A stretch of 64,000 bases of DNA, from contig LWCA01000006.1 in the NCBI GenBank assembly GCA_001642005.1, positions 43,884 through 107,883 on the forward strand, read 5' to 3'. The notes beneath the pieces are model-generated. The model was not told where the DNA came from. It saw only the letters and a program-made list of their open reading frames with translations, and searched no databases. A program made the translations under genes and the position numbers. Positions within the stretch are counted from its first letter, which is position 1. Every line of letters starts with the position of its first letter. The DNA comes from Intoshia linei (lineage: Eukaryota > Animalia > Orthonectida). Positions 63,101 through 64,000 of this stretch are shown here, piece after piece.

Positions 63101-63507
63101 ATTAAAAAGGATTATAGATTTAAAAAAATCAAGTTTTATAAGTATAAATAAATTTTTACAACTATATTTACTGAATACCACCGATGGTGTTCAAAAGTGT
63201 GAAGACAATTTGCTGATAGCCACTAATGGTTCTCAAACAGTAAAAGATTTATGAGAAATATTATGTCTATGTCTTAGACTCTAAGATGTATCGTGAAAAT
63301 AAATATTTGCCACTTATTTTGTTTGCTCATATGCCGTCGGTTTAATTGCAAGTAATATTAAATAATTTAAACAATTACATTTTTATTTGTACAAATGTTG
63401 ATAAAAACTTTAATCGGTTCTTCTGCTTCTTCAATTGTTTTCGTTTTGAAACATATTCCTGGTTGAGGACGGATTTTTATGGAATTTGGTGGACAATTTT
63501 CTTCCAT
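60174..63507 (-). CDS. PIH1D1: PIH1 domain protein 1 (R2TP co-chaperone), 4 exons
   Basis: IKIRPQPGICFKT..KVFINICTN|IPDVP..YKIPMSVGPP|..SIEEKYKI..LKNRKHVG plus a C-terminal CS domain ending ILKVMVKLDV*. Confidence 0.85.
60760..61450. mobile_element. Family A copy (-, 60760-61300) abutting a + fragment (61300-61450) in a PIH1D1 intron
   Basis: Identity with 17570-18268; same junction as at 29553. Confidence 0.72.
62000..62608 (-). mobile_element. Helitron-like family A, 5' part
   Basis: Near-identical to 17680-18268; minus strand begins A|TCCTAACTTA. Confidence 0.75.
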
Positions 63508-63749
63508 GCAAATTGTTATAAATAAAATTTGAGTCGTCAAAACAAATAAATGATATATTTTGTCTTTGTCGATTTTTTATCACCTACAAATCACTTGTAT
63601 ATACAAAAATGTATGCATTCGAGGTAGAATAGTACATACTATACATTATATTGGCCATATCAACCATTCTCATCATTTTTTGGGACAATATTATTTTAAA
63701 ATTCCTATTGATCTATAGATTTAATACAATGAATTTCATTTTTCAAATA

Positions 63750-64000
63750 CAATTTAAAATATTATATGCTATGCAATATTTGTTTGTGTGTGTGTTATCG
63801 TTTATTTCAATAAATACCAGTCTTAGAATATTATAAAGTTCACATTTCAATTACAGTTTTTTCCGAGCGTGTTCGAAAAATAAATTTCAATTTCCCAAAA
63901 TCACATCTTACGGGTCAAAAACCCCAATTGTTTTTTTTTAAATCAAACGAGTTGGAGAATTTAAAAAAATATATCTTCAGGGCCAAAACCACAAATTACC
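63750..64000 (+). mobile_element. Helitron-like family A, 5' part running off the window
   Basis: tatgctatgcaatatttgtttgtgtgtgtg..cacatttcaattacagtttt..cgggtcaaaaaccccaatt, reverse complement of 61100-61290. Confidence 0.75.

Overview
Very AT-rich, gene-dense eukaryotic (metazoan) DNA; no prokaryotic features, CRISPR, rRNA or tRNA were recognised. The ORF track is fragmented by many tiny GT-AG introns (mostly ~30-45 nt) and a few 1-2.6 kb introns packed with transposon debris. Manual exon stitching gives about 14 protein genes: MED26 (+), a short talin-like gene (+), a compact APC (-), an orphan single-pass membrane protein (-), a coiled-coil/death-domain protein (+), SAMD15 (-), Pellino (-), TSG101 (+), ARL6/BBS3 (-), UTP20 (-), WDR26 (+), GNPAT (-), a stand-alone CH-domain protein (-) and PIH1D1 (-). 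Non-coding DNA is dominated by a non-autonomous Helitron-like family, hAT MITEs with 8-bp TSDs, a pogo/Tigger derivative, Tc1 and Chapaev3-like transposase relics and a ~30-bp minisatellite element. Composition, intron sizes and protein divergence suggest a reduced, fast-evolving ciliated animal such as the orthonectid Intoshia (inference, not verified). Main points of interest: a head+R1-only talin and a SAMP-less ~800-aa APC lying tail-to-tail 66 bp apart; a GNPAT without PTS1; all four convergent gene pairs under 80 bp apart; and inverted copies of one element in phase-matched introns on either side of the UTP20/WDR26 shared promoter. Homology calls are from recalled family motifs and exon boundaries are by eye; no searches were run.
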